Positions 23,509 to 32,412 of a stretch of DNA of 37,123 bases are shown in pieces. Position numbers and translations under genes: made by a program. The notes beneath the pieces are model-generated. The model was not told the DNA's origin and ran no database searches. It worked only from the letters and a program-made list of their open reading frames with translations. The stretch comes from a virus (taxonomy: Duplodnaviria > Caudoviricetes): the IMG/VR virus record IMGVR_UViG_3300016476_000621, positions 1-37,123 of that record. One strand, 5' to 3'. Every line of letters begins with the position of its first letter. Positions within the stretch are counted from its first letter, which is position 1.

Positions 23509-23833
23509 GGATTTTGGAGGCTAGGAGTTTGAAGGGATACGCATGGAATTGCTGCTTACCATGGCGCTGAAATACTACGTGTTCAAGAGGAAATGGAAAC
23601 CGCTTGTGGAAGTCTGCCATGTCACCGGCAGCAAGGTGAATAAACCAAGCATTCCAGGTGTCTGTTTCGGTGAAGATGTCTTTGCCATCCCAGAACACAG
23701 GGCGGAACAATAGGAAGGAAAGCGGCGACGACCAGACAAACCCATTTTTGACATAGGCGGCAAGCAGTTCCTCAAAGGTTGCTCCATCGGAGAACCTAGA
23801 GAACCAATTTGCAGCTTTTTGCCAAGGAAGCAT
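23489..23833 (-). CDS. Small protein between tail and ejection genes (possible GNAT-fold, T7 gp13-like position)
   Basis: 114-aa aromatic-rich ORF with AWFIHLAAG; assignment is by synteny only. Confidence 0.5.
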   Translation of the reverse strand: MLPWQKAANWFSRFSDGATFEELLAAYVKNGFVWSSPLSFLLFRPVFWDGKDIFTETDTWNAWFIHLAAGDMADFHKRFPFPLEHVVFQRHGKQQFHAYPFKLLASKIHGFLHS

Positions 23834-23835
23834 GG

Positions 23836-25173
23836 TTAGATGTTGCCGAAGACGGAAAGCGTCAACTGACCTTCGTTTTCGGCTCCGTTAGTGTAAGCCG
23901 GAGTGATTTTGACGCCGAAGTTGTTGACAGTCTTGTTGAGCGAACCAAGTCCAGTATCGTTAATAATGCCAGCAACGCAAACGTAGGTGCCAGCAGTCGA
24001 AGCGGCTTGGTTGATGAAGCCAATCTGCGGAGCGTAGTTCACGCTCGTAAACGGCACCGTGAAGTTGACGTTGACGATGTTGCTGCCAGTGGACTCCTTA
24101 AAGGCAGACGAGATGCCAAAGCCGTTGACGGTCAGGGCATACCACTGCGTTGCAACGCTAGAAAGCGCAGTCGTGGCAACCGTCTGGACATTGAACGTAT
24201 TGGCATCAGGAACGGCTTTAATGTCATACCAGCCATCCGCAACACCGTTATCAAGGTATATAACGTCGCCAACCTTGAACCCGTGTCCAGCCTTGGTGAC
24301 GGTTGCGGTCGTGCTGCCGCCAGTGCGGGAAACGGTCGCTGCAACCGTAGCGGTGTCGGCAGTCTTGGTTGAGATGCAAGCCCATGCTTTCGGCAGGCAG
24401 GCGGCGACAACTTTTAGCTTGTCCGAGTCCGAAGCATCCTGAATCAGAACCTTGTCGCCATAGGCATCAGTCGTGGAGATAAGCGAAACCGCGGGCGTTC
24501 CACTAATTGCCCCAGCCAACGGAGATTCCAGCGTGGTGCTTTTCTCATACCAATAAACATTCCCGGTGGTTGGAGCTTGGTCGTCATCAACCACGGTGAT
24601 TGTGAAGGTGCTGGAAGTCAGAACCGTTACAGTGTAATATCCAAGATAATCCTGATTGTTTTCGATGTTGAACCAGCGAACGTCACCAGTCGTCAAGCCG
24701 TGGTCAACCTGGGTAATGGTCATCACCGTATCAAGACGGGAATAGGTGCCAGCTTCAGCGAGTTCGCCAAGCGTTACGTCATTCTTAAAGGTTGCGGTGC
24801 CATCGAATCGAGCGTCACCGCCAAAGGTTGACTCAGCGTTGACCGTAACGGTGTCACTATCGTTGCTGCCAATCGTCGTGTTGCCGTTCACCGTAACGTT
24901 GCCGTTCACCGTGGCGTTGGTCGTCACCGTCAGCGAGGCAACCGTGGTGTCGGGCATGTTGCTGGCGATATTGGCAAGAGTCACCTTCTTAACAGCACCG
25001 CCGTCAATGTCATTGACAAGGAACTCGTCACCAGTGACCGGAGTCGTCAAAGCCGTTTGCAGGCCGATGAAATCCGGCAGCGGTGAAGCTCCAGTGACAT
25101 GGTTGTTGAGGTCAGATGCGGTAAGCGTCTGTCCAGTGGTAAAGGGCGAAACGCCTGATTGAAGTCTAGCCAT
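23836..25173 (-). CDS. Tail fibre-like protein with two HG(L/F)xxGD beta modules
   Basis: Thr/Val-rich; FTTGQTLTASDLN N-terminus; NATVNGNVTVNGN repeats; DHGLTTGD and GHGFKVGD modules. Confidence 0.75.
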   Translation of the reverse strand: MARLQSGVSPFTTGQTLTASDLNNHVTGASPLPDFIGLQTALTTPVTGDEFLVNDIDGGAVKKVTLANIASNMPDTTVASLTVTTNATVNGNVTVNGNTTIGSNDSDTVTVNAESTFGGDARFDGTATFKNDVTLGELAEAGTYSRLDTVMTITQVDHGLTTGDVRWFNIENNQDYLGYYTVTVLTSSTFTITVVDDDQAPTTGNVYWYEKSTTLESPLAGAISGTPAVSLISTTDAYGDKVLIQDASDSDKLKVVAACLPKAWACISTKTADTATVAATVSRTGGSTTATVTKAGHGFKVGDVIYLDNGVADGWYDIKAVPDANTFNVQTVATTALSSVATQWYALTVNGFGISSAFKESTGSNIVNVNFTVPFTSVNYAPQIGFINQAASTAGTYVCVAGIINDTGLGSLNKTVNNFGVKITPAYTNGAENEGQLTLSVFGNI

Positions 25174-25175
25174 GG

Positions 25176-27083
25176 TTATTCAGCGGAAGTAAGGTTTCTA
25201 CCGGAAACAGTAGCGTCAAGAGAGTAGGAACGCAAGACCGGCCTGCCTGCGTTGCTTTGAATGAGAACGTCCATGGCATAACCTCGGCGTCCGATACGGG
25301 TGCGCACCGTCTTGTCTTCATCTGCCTGAGAAGCAAAGCGGATAAGCTCAACCGTGGCATCAGGGTTGGTCATCACGGCAGAAATGGTAACGTCGTCGCC
25401 CTGGTTCAGTACAAAGTCCGACTGCAAGCCACTGAACCGCTTTTCATCGAACGTTTTGAAGTTGTAGCGGCGGCTAAGAATCTGCCCGTCCATCGGTGCG
25501 CTAGAAGTGCCTTCCGTGAACACGGCAGAGGTTGCGGGCGTCGTTGAACCAAGCTGTGCAGTGCCAAGGACAGGCGTTCCGGTGCCATTGTTAATAGCAT
25601 CAATGTCTTCTTCCTCTAGCAGGAAGTAGTTGTTCAGAGCGACCGCATACATGCGCTTGCTGTTCTGATACAATGCCTGCATCAGGTTCTTTGGCTGCAT
25701 CTGGCTAGGATAGCTGTCCATGGACTCCCAAGCCTGATTGAGCAACGAATAGACCAGAATGGCGTTGTTGCCAGTGGCACCGTCCATCGGCACCGCCAAG
25801 TAGTAGCGGTTATTCCAGAACAAGCCGCAGGCACCGCTAGAAGTGTTGGCGTTGATGCGGTTCACCAAGTCGGAAATCGGCTCGGAAAGCGGTCGCTGGT
25901 CGCCAATCAGCTTCAGGTCAAGAGTGTGCGAAAGCTGATAAACACCACGGTCGGACAGGAAGAACACCTGTTGACCGGCAAGCTGGATGGAGCGGCGAGC
26001 AGAGCAGCCAAACTGAGCGGTTAGCGTCTGAATGAAGCTGTTGGTGTCAATGCCACGGTCAATGACAGAGGCAATGGCAGGCGGCGGAATGTAAGCATAG
26101 TAAATGCTATTGCGCTGGAAAATCAGGAACTTATCTTCTTGGAAGGGCGTAAAGCCAACAATGTAATCGTTGGCACCAGTGTTGATTCGGAACTGGTCAA
26201 GCGTTACGTCAAAGACGTTCGGTTCATAGTAGTTGGAAGCTGCAATCTCGTCCCTGCCAACGCAAAGGACAATACGACCTTGGAAATACATACCAAAGTC
26301 AGCGGGAGGCATGCAAACGTCGTCGCCGCCTTCAAGGTAAGGATACTGCGTTGCAGTGGCTTGAGGAACCACACTGACAGTGCTGCCATCCCAAACTAGA
26401 GGGGCTTTGGCTTTAATGCTCGTGAAAGTCGTATGAGTCTTATTTCCCGATGTTGCGGTAACGTATGTAACCGAATAGACCCCGGTAGCAAAAGTTGCTG
26501 TTTGGACAAAAAACGATCCAGACAAGTCTTGATGCCCAGGAACATAAACAATAATCTCGTCACCAACAGCGTATCCAGGGTTTGTTCCTCCAAAAGTCAA
26601 GGTGACTGTTGATCCTGTTCGGCTAATAGCTGGCGATCCTGTGATTGTTAAAGCCGTGTTTCGGCTGTATCCACGCAGGATGTAAACCTTGTCAGCAGCC
26701 TGAAAAGCGTCGCAAGGGTCTCCAGCGTCAATGTCGCGCACATAGGTCGTTGCGCTGATTGTCTCGCTCGGAAAGGCGTATTTGGACGAGGTGTTGCCCG
26801 TGCTGGTGTTGTAGGTGTAAAGACCGTCTTCAGCGACCAGAATCAGATATTCCGTGCCAGCCGTATCGAGAAACGTGCAGCTAGTGCGGAAATCGACGTT
26901 GTTCGTCACGAAGCTGGGTAGCGTCAAATCCTTGCAGCCAGACCGAACGGCAGCATTGCCCCTATCCATGCGGATATTCTTGGCAAACTGGACAAAGCCA
27001 GGCTGGATATTGACGGGGTTGTCACGGCTTGCCATGCCGACAAAGCCAGAGTCACCGTCCGTCTGATAAGGGCTGTTCGGCAT
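25176..27083 (-). CDS. Tail nozzle / tubular protein B (P22 gp10-like stabilisation protein)
   Basis: 635-aa beta-rich protein with FGCSARRSI...VFFLSDRGVY...PLSEPI...RYYLAVP pattern. Confidence 0.8.
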   Translation of the reverse strand: MPNSPYQTDGDSGFVGMASRDNPVNIQPGFVQFAKNIRMDRGNAAVRSGCKDLTLPSFVTNNVDFRTSCTFLDTAGTEYLILVAEDGLYTYNTSTGNTSSKYAFPSETISATTYVRDIDAGDPCDAFQAADKVYILRGYSRNTALTITGSPAISRTGSTVTLTFGGTNPGYAVGDEIIVYVPGHQDLSGSFFVQTATFATGVYSVTYVTATSGNKTHTTFTSIKAKAPLVWDGSTVSVVPQATATQYPYLEGGDDVCMPPADFGMYFQGRIVLCVGRDEIAASNYYEPNVFDVTLDQFRINTGANDYIVGFTPFQEDKFLIFQRNSIYYAYIPPPAIASVIDRGIDTNSFIQTLTAQFGCSARRSIQLAGQQVFFLSDRGVYQLSHTLDLKLIGDQRPLSEPISDLVNRINANTSSGACGLFWNNRYYLAVPMDGATGNNAILVYSLLNQAWESMDSYPSQMQPKNLMQALYQNSKRMYAVALNNYFLLEEEDIDAINNGTGTPVLGTAQLGSTTPATSAVFTEGTSSAPMDGQILSRRYNFKTFDEKRFSGLQSDFVLNQGDDVTISAVMTNPDATVELIRFASQADEDKTVRTRIGRRGYAMDVLIQSNAGRPVLRSYSLDATVSGRNLTSAE

Positions 27084-27112
27084 AGGCTAAGGTTCCACCG
27101 TTTCTAAGGCAA

Positions 27113-27673
27113 TCAAGCCGTCGCTTGGAAGTGCATGGCATCACGACCCCAAAAGGCACCGGCAGCAAGCCAGCCCTCCTTGGCAAAGGCTTCCATGACT
27201 TCCAGCGGCATCGTCGCTTTAACCGGCCAAGCAGTGTGATTCCCGTTCGTTCCTGGCATCAGGTCAATGGCGGCACCTCTGGCGTGCAGGCTAGGCAGGG
27301 AACCGCCTCGCATCGTTCGGTTGTTGAAAACTCCGGCGTATTCTTTCAACGCCTCATGGTTGTTCTTTGCGAGTTCTTCCAGCACCCTGCGGAGGCTTTC
27401 GGCAACCTTGCCATGGCAACGGATGCTGGACACAGGTGCGCCGTCGTAGCGCAATCCTAGGCCAAAGACGGGCAGTTTGACCAGTTGCGATTCGTCACCG
27501 GCTTCACCGTAGAATGCGGTGAGGCTTTTCTGGTCGGTTTTCGGCCAGGGGTTCGGCTTGGGCATCAATGCCCGCAGATGCTTCTGGCAAGCGGCAATGG
27601 ACTTCGGACCCCAGAACCCGTCAGGTTCGGTTCCAATGCGTTCCTGAATGCGCTTGATGCCGTATTGCGTCAC
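27113..27673 (-). CDS. Endolysin, peptidase M15 family with N-terminal peptidoglycan-binding segment
   Basis: DGFWGPKS; R...SLHARGAAID...DAMHFQ zinc ligands. Confidence 0.88.
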   Translation of the reverse strand: MTQYGIKRIQERIGTEPDGFWGPKSIAACQKHLRALMPKPNPWPKTDQKSLTAFYGEAGDESQLVKLPVFGLGLRYDGAPVSSIRCHGKVAESLRRVLEELAKNNHEALKEYAGVFNNRTMRGGSLPSLHARGAAIDLMPGTNGNHTAWPVKATMPLEVMEAFAKEGWLAAGAFWGRDAMHFQATA

Positions 27674-27837
27674 TTCTTCGGAGTGATGGCGACAAGGGCA
27701 ACACCGGCAGCAGCCTGAACAAGTTCACCGACCACGCTGGCGACCTCTGGAGGCAGCGGAACGCCAAAAGCGGTCAGGATGGTGGCAATGCCAAGCCAGG
27801 TGGATTTCTCACGGAGTTTAGAGAGGATGAGCTTCAT
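27670..27837 (-). CDS. Holin-like membrane protein
   Basis: LREKSTWLG followed by two hydrophobic helices; directly upstream of the endolysin. Confidence 0.7.
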   Translation of the reverse strand: MKLILSKLREKSTWLGIATILTAFGVPLPPEVASVVGELVQAAAGVALVAITPKK

Positions 27838-27878
27838 ACGTTTGGAGGGTCGGAACAGCGGGTGATAGTTCGGTCGTT

Positions 27879-28073
27879 TCACTTCTGTGCAGTGACTTCA
27901 ACAGCTTTCAGGACTTCGTATTCCTGCTTCAATTGCTCGCCTTTGAGCTTGGCGGAAAGGCCAAGGGTGATGACGGCAGCGGTGTCGAGTCCAGTCTTTT
28001 CCAGTAGCCACTTGTCAGTAGAGGCGCAGGAAGTCAGGCACAGGACGGCAATGAGGATGACAACGGTTTTCAT
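27879..28073 (-). CDS. Small lipoprotein (possible spanin component)
   Basis: Signal peptide with LTSC lipobox; located in the lysis cluster. Confidence 0.65.
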   Translation of the reverse strand: MKTVVILIAVLCLTSCASTDKWLLEKTGLDTAAVITLGLSAKLKGEQLKQEYEVLKAVEVTAQK

Positions 28074-28303
28074 TTCTTGACGAGGTTTCGCAGGGTTTCC
28101 AGAATCATGACAGTTCTCTCATCCAAACGGTTCAAAACTGCGCTTTGTTGTCGGTCAGACTCTTGAAGGGCGACGATTTCTCTTTGCGCTGTCTCGATAG
28201 CTGATGCTTTTGCGCTTGCAAGCCATGTGATGTAACCCGCCGTCCCAAGCGAGGAAACGACCACGCTCATCCACGCTGTGTTGAATTTGACTAAATTGCT
28301 CAT
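28070..28303 (-). CDS. Membrane-anchored coiled-coil protein
   Basis: N-terminal hydrophobic helix followed by a heptad region (LNRLDERT). Confidence 0.6.
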   Translation of the reverse strand: MSNLVKFNTAWMSVVVSSLGTAGYITWLASAKASAIETAQREIVALQESDRQQSAVLNRLDERTVMILETLRNLVKK

Positions 28304-28680
28304 GTAAGAATTTCCGCCTTGCGTTCAGCAGAAATAATACCATTTGAGACAAGCGCATCAAGCCCGGTTATCACTCGCGGGTCATTGGCATGAACAGGGG
28401 AATGCCAAGTTGAAAGCATGAAGCGCAAAGCGGCAATAGTCGTGTCGGAAGACAGGTCAATGCTAGCCATTTCGGCCAAGGTGAACTCTGCGACGAATCG
28501 CTCGGCATCCGGCCAAATCTTGACAGGGCTTTGAGCCTCCAGCCAAGCAGCTTCTGCGTCGTCTCGGGTTGCGTCTAACTCGGCTTCCGTAGGTGGTGGC
28601 AGACCGTCAAGGTATTCAATCACATCGCCAACAATGCGAACCTTGCGACCAATGAAAGAGAGATGGAAGGAAATGGGCAT
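28300..28680 (-). CDS. Fibre-associated/assembly-like protein
   Basis: Follows the fibre gene; PTEAEL...GLDALVSNGIISAERKAEIL pattern. Confidence 0.55.
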   Translation of the reverse strand: MPISFHLSFIGRKVRIVGDVIEYLDGLPPPTEAELDATRDDAEAAWLEAQSPVKIWPDAERFVAEFTLAEMASIDLSSDTTIAALRFMLSTWHSPVHANDPRVITGLDALVSNGIISAERKAEILT

Positions 28681-28682
28681 AA

Positions 28683-29453
28683 TTAAGCGGTCTGCCAGTA
28701 GATGATGCGGGAACCAGCCTTGAAGGTGATGCTTCCAGAAACTGCGGTTTCAACCTTGGCGGTGAACTGCAACGTCCCTGCGTTGCTGCCGTTCTGGAAC
28801 ACGCCAGAACCGACAACTTGCGTTCCGACTACGCTACCATTGGCTGCGGAAGCAATGCTGCCGTATGCGCCCGAAACACTGTTCAACATGCCTGGCGTGT
28901 TAGCTCCAGCCGTAGCGTTGAAAGCACGCGCTTCGGTCGCCCAGAAGGTCGGGCTACTCGGGCCGGTAATACCGAACTCGTATCCAGTGCCAGCGGCAGA
29001 GGTGACGATTACGCCAATGACGTAGAAAGAATAGTTGGTGTTTGCCGATACGGAAAACGAAAGCCCGGTGATGTTTTGCAGCGTCGCATTATCCGTGATG
29101 GTCACATCACTGCCAAGGATTACGTGCGTTGCACTGCTACTGCCACCACTAGGCGTCGCATAAGTCAAATCGCCGCTGCTGTTAATGCCATTTACAAACT
29201 GCCCAGCACTGCCAGCGTTTCGCTTAACACCGCCAAGGGTTGTGGTTCCTGGCGTTGGCAACCTTGCAGCATCAAGGGTGCCAGCAGTGATTGCGCTTGC
29301 GTCGTGGGTATGGTCGCCGGTTGCAACCGTTCCAGCCGTTGTGCCGGTGTTGAGCGTTGCAGAGTTGCCAAGGGCAAGAGCAGAACGCAAGTCAGCTTGA
29401 TCGCTGGCCTGCATCATGGTATCAACAGCAGATGAAACAGTAAGGTCAGGCAT
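28683..29453 (-). CDS. Fibre-like virion protein
   Basis: LGNSATLNTGTTAGTVATGDHTH, TTTLGGVK and ITGLSFSVSAN motifs typical of fibres. Confidence 0.8.
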   Translation of the reverse strand: MPDLTVSSAVDTMMQASDQADLRSALALGNSATLNTGTTAGTVATGDHTHDASAITAGTLDAARLPTPGTTTLGGVKRNAGSAGQFVNGINSSGDLTYATPSGGSSSATHVILGSDVTITDNATLQNITGLSFSVSANTNYSFYVIGVIVTSAAGTGYEFGITGPSSPTFWATEARAFNATAGANTPGMLNSVSGAYGSIASAANGSVVGTQVVGSGVFQNGSNAGTLQFTAKVETAVSGSITFKAGSRIIYWQTA

Positions 29454-29626
29454 TACGGTCGGAAGTAGCTGGAAGTGCCATCAGGACGCAGGAAAAGCGA
29501 TGTTCCGTCAGGGCGGTAGAAAGTGGAAGCTCCAGGCGGTGGTGGAGGAGGTGGTGGTGGTGGTGACTCGGAATCAATATAGTCTCCACCGAAACCTAAA
29601 GCAAGAGCTAGAGAAAATCCATTCAT
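29453..29626 (-). CDS. Small poly-proline adaptor-like protein, 57 aa (not in ORF track)
   Basis: Manual translation MNGFSLALALGFGGDYIDSES-P10-GASTFYRPDGTSLFLRPDGTSSYFRP; start and stop overlap both neighbours. Confidence 0.75.
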   Translation of the reverse strand: MNGFSLALALGFGGDYIDSESPPPPPPPPPPGASTFYRPDGTSLFLRPDGTSSYFRP

Positions 29627-29958
29627 GGTGTTGAGCCGCCAGATGAAAATGGAACTGAATATTCTCCACCTTTTATGCTTACAATCTCATACGAGAAGCT
29701 GGAAGATGCAGGAACACTTGAAACGGAAACTGATGAGCTAACTGTGTTTGTAGAATACGAAACAGCGCCAGAAAAAGAAAAGTTGTAGCTATCAGGAACA
29801 GGGCCAATTGAAGGAGCGTCCCAGGTAAAGTCAACATTATAACCACCTGAGCCGTCATCGTTAAATGACACCTGCACATTTTCAGGCGGTTGCACTGGAG
29901 TTTCAGCGGCAGCACTTGCGCCGAATCCCAAGTTTAAAGCCATGGAAAGCCCGTTCAC
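29623..29958 (-). CDS. Fibronectin type III-like virion accessory protein
   Basis: PPENVQV...FTWDAP...PDSY...YEIVSI..G..S FN3 pattern; AT-rich. Confidence 0.7.
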   Translation of the reverse strand: MNGLSMALNLGFGASAAAETPVQPPENVQVSFNDDGSGGYNVDFTWDAPSIGPVPDSYNFSFSGAVSYSTNTVSSSVSVSSVPASSSFSYEIVSIKGGEYSVPFSSGGSTP

Positions 29959-30221
29959 GGCTTCATCTTGTATGCACGCACCTTACCACTGGACAGGGTA
30001 AAAGCAGTGATGCCAAGGCCGTTGTAAAGGATAGTGCCAGCAGGAACTGAAAAGCCAGTCATGGCATCGCCAGAAGCACCGTTTTCAGTGAACGTGGTGA
30101 AGGTAGCAGCTTCAAGCACCTGGATGGCGTAAAACTTGCCGGTGACGGCAGTGGTTCCGGTTTCGACAACGACGCCAAGAGCGGCACCGGTATGACCTGA
30201 GATTTGGACGTTTTGATTCAT
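29955..30221 (-). CDS. Small beta-rich virion (decoration-like) protein
   Basis: 88 aa; AIQVLEAATF...PAGTILY...TAFTLSSGKVRAY. Confidence 0.6.
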   Translation of the reverse strand: MNQNVQISGHTGAALGVVVETGTTAVTGKFYAIQVLEAATFTTFTENGASGDAMTGFSVPAGTILYNGLGITAFTLSSGKVRAYKMKP

Positions 30222-30224
30222 TGG

Positions 30225-30989
30225 TTAGTAAGTGTTAATCATGTTCATGCGGCGCACCTGCCCTTCAGCACGAAGAACCCGGTCAATTTGCAGCATCTTG
30301 ACGTTTTCAGCCTCGGCTTCTGCCATGGCGGCGTTGTCAATCTGTCCTTCCGTGCGGAGGTAGTCGGAAAACACGGCTTTCGTCACGTAGTCACCGCAAA
30401 AATACGGAATCTTGACGATGGACCAGCTTGCTGGCGTCGTGTTTGGCGACTGTCCCTGAGTCGTCGTCGTGGTGCAGGTGTAGAAGTTGCCAGCAGAAGC
30501 GGCAGTCGTGGAAGGCAGATAGCTGCCGGTTCCGGTGCCAGTGTCAAAGTAGATTTGCGCCCCGACTCCATAGGTCGCAGTGGCGCTGTAAGGCTCGCCA
30601 AACAGGTCTGGCTTTGGCTGGCGGTATTCCACCCAGACCGGCGTTGTGCCGTCCATCACAATGATGCGACGATTCGTGCCGTCGTCATCGAGGTAATAAG
30701 CGACCGGAACGGCTCGGGCGGTCACTTTCGGATTGAGCGAATAGACTTGCAGAATGTCACCCATACTGCTTGTCATGTTCACGTAATTCACGCCATCAAC
30801 ATCGGTTGCCGGTGTCATCTCAGCAACCCGCACAATATCCGGCCAGGGTTCCTGTTCCCAAATGTGGGCAATGCGCTGCGAAGCGAAGTCACGGACCATA
30901 CGGAACGTGCTGTCCTGGATTGCGCTGCGGTCAAGACCGCAAAGCGTCACAGCACGGTAAAGAATGTCGCTGAAGTTGATCGTTCTCAC
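30225..30989 (-). CDS. Head-tail adaptor / tail tubular protein A-like protein
   Basis: Position after the capsid genes; helical N-terminus ending WEQEPWPD; inserted beta module near the C-terminus. Confidence 0.65.
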   Translation of the reverse strand: MRTINFSDILYRAVTLCGLDRSAIQDSTFRMVRDFASQRIAHIWEQEPWPDIVRVAEMTPATDVDGVNYVNMTSSMGDILQVYSLNPKVTARAVPVAYYLDDDGTNRRIIVMDGTTPVWVEYRQPKPDLFGEPYSATATYGVGAQIYFDTGTGTGSYLPSTTAASAGNFYTCTTTTTQGQSPNTTPASWSIVKIPYFCGDYVTKAVFSDYLRTEGQIDNAAMAEAEAENVKMLQIDRVLRAEGQVRRMNMINTY

Positions 30990-31345
30990 GCGAAGACTTT
31001 ACGATACTTTACGTTGCGAGTCGAGGACGGTTCAGCAGTAAATCCAAACTGCATCTTGGTGCCTTTAGAGTTCACCTTGCAGTAAGGGTTGGCCTTTTCG
31101 TATTCGTCAAGAAACGTCTTGTCCTTCCAGCAGCCATACCCAAGACGCTGGCCCCAGTAATGGTAAGAGTCAGCATCAACACGCATTCTCAGACGACCAA
31201 TGCCGTCTAAGCTGCGGTGTTCAAGTTGGTTTACCTTGCCAACTTCTTGCGCCCGCGCCTCTGCCATCACCTTACGAAAGTTCCATCCGGTCTTGAACTC
31301 CTTGAGCATATCGCCATGAAGTTCTTCGGGAATCGTTTCAATCAT
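30986..31345 (-). CDS. Conserved hypothetical protein downstream of the capsid gene
   Basis: 119-aa ORF (YHYWGQRLGYGCWKD..F) coupled to the adaptor gene. Confidence 0.7.
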   Translation of the reverse strand: MIETIPEELHGDMLKEFKTGWNFRKVMAEARAQEVGKVNQLEHRSLDGIGRLRMRVDADSYHYWGQRLGYGCWKDKTFLDEYEKANPYCKVNSKGTKMQFGFTAEPSSTRNVKYRKVFA

Positions 31346-31382
31346 AAAGTGACGGCAGAGGGGTGTTACGGGACGCTAGCTA

Positions 31383-32381
31383 TTAGGCAGGGTCAAACTT
31401 GCCAAGGCCAAGCGGGTTCTTAACCACCAGACCGGCAACCGCCTTGATGAGACGGGCAGGACCGCCACCAGCGTCAGGAAGTTCCGTCACCTCGGGAAGG
31501 TTGGTGTAACGGAGTTCCAGAAGTTCCATATCCAGGACGTAGCCGTTGTCGGCATCCGGCATGAAAAGGCTCGGGTGCAGCTTGATGCGACCAAAATCAC
31601 CTTCAAAGATGTCAACGCTGGCGATATAGGCATCGCTGTTGGCGTCGCGGCTGAAGGTGCGGATGGCGGTGCCACCGGCACCGGTCACGCTGGCACCAGT
31701 CGTGGTGCTCAGGGTGGTGGTGAACAGCAGGTTAGAGAAGGCGCGCTTCAGGTTGGTGCCGACAACGCCATCGTATTCCTTGAAGGTGCCGGTCTGGCCG
31801 TAGATGGAGGTCAGAACCGCCTGAATGTTCGTTTCCGTCAGGCTAGCAGTGGCAGTGGTGTCAATGCTGGCGCTCGGGGTGCGATAGGCGGAAGGAACCT
31901 GAAGGGTGGAACCGCCGCTAGTGCTGATGAAGGTGCCAAGCGCCTTGGTCAGGTAGGGGACGGTGCCATTGTCAGCCTGGGCGTCGTTGTTGCTCGAAAC
32001 CGTGGCTTCCATGTCACGCTTGAGCAGCTTAATGCCCTTGGCGACCATGCCAGCCAGTTCGTCACGCAGACCAGCGACCACCGAAACATCAACCGCAAGC
32101 GGCGAAACGCGGATAGCACGCTGGAAAACCTGGACGTAGTTGCTGATGATGGCACGACCGCTGTTGAGGTTTTCATAGGCGGAAACGTCCACACCATCAA
32201 CCGAACCAGTGGTAACGGCGGAAGGCATGTTGTCAGCCTGCCACTGAAGCAGGGTGTTACCGGGCTTGTTGCCCTTGGGAGCCATCGAAACGATGGGGGT
32301 GTCCTTGGCATCAACCAGGGAGATGTAGTCGGCGAGGTCTTCGCGCTTGCCAACCTGGGAACGTTCAAAAAGTGCGGCCAT
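31383..32381 (-). CDS. Major capsid protein (DUF5309/SU10-like)
   Basis: REDLADYISLVDAKDTP...WQAD...NYVQVF...KRDME...EGDFG pattern; follows the scaffold gene; strong codon bias. Confidence 0.9.
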   Translation of the reverse strand: MAALFERSQVGKREDLADYISLVDAKDTPIVSMAPKGNKPGNTLLQWQADNMPSAVTTGSVDGVDVSAYENLNSGRAIISNYVQVFQRAIRVSPLAVDVSVVAGLRDELAGMVAKGIKLLKRDMEATVSSNNDAQADNGTVPYLTKALGTFISTSGGSTLQVPSAYRTPSASIDTTATASLTETNIQAVLTSIYGQTGTFKEYDGVVGTNLKRAFSNLLFTTTLSTTTGASVTGAGGTAIRTFSRDANSDAYIASVDIFEGDFGRIKLHPSLFMPDADNGYVLDMELLELRYTNLPEVTELPDAGGGPARLIKAVAGLVVKNPLGLGKFDPA

Positions 32382-32412
32382 AGTAGTTTATTCTTTCTTT
32401 GTTTTGGATTGT

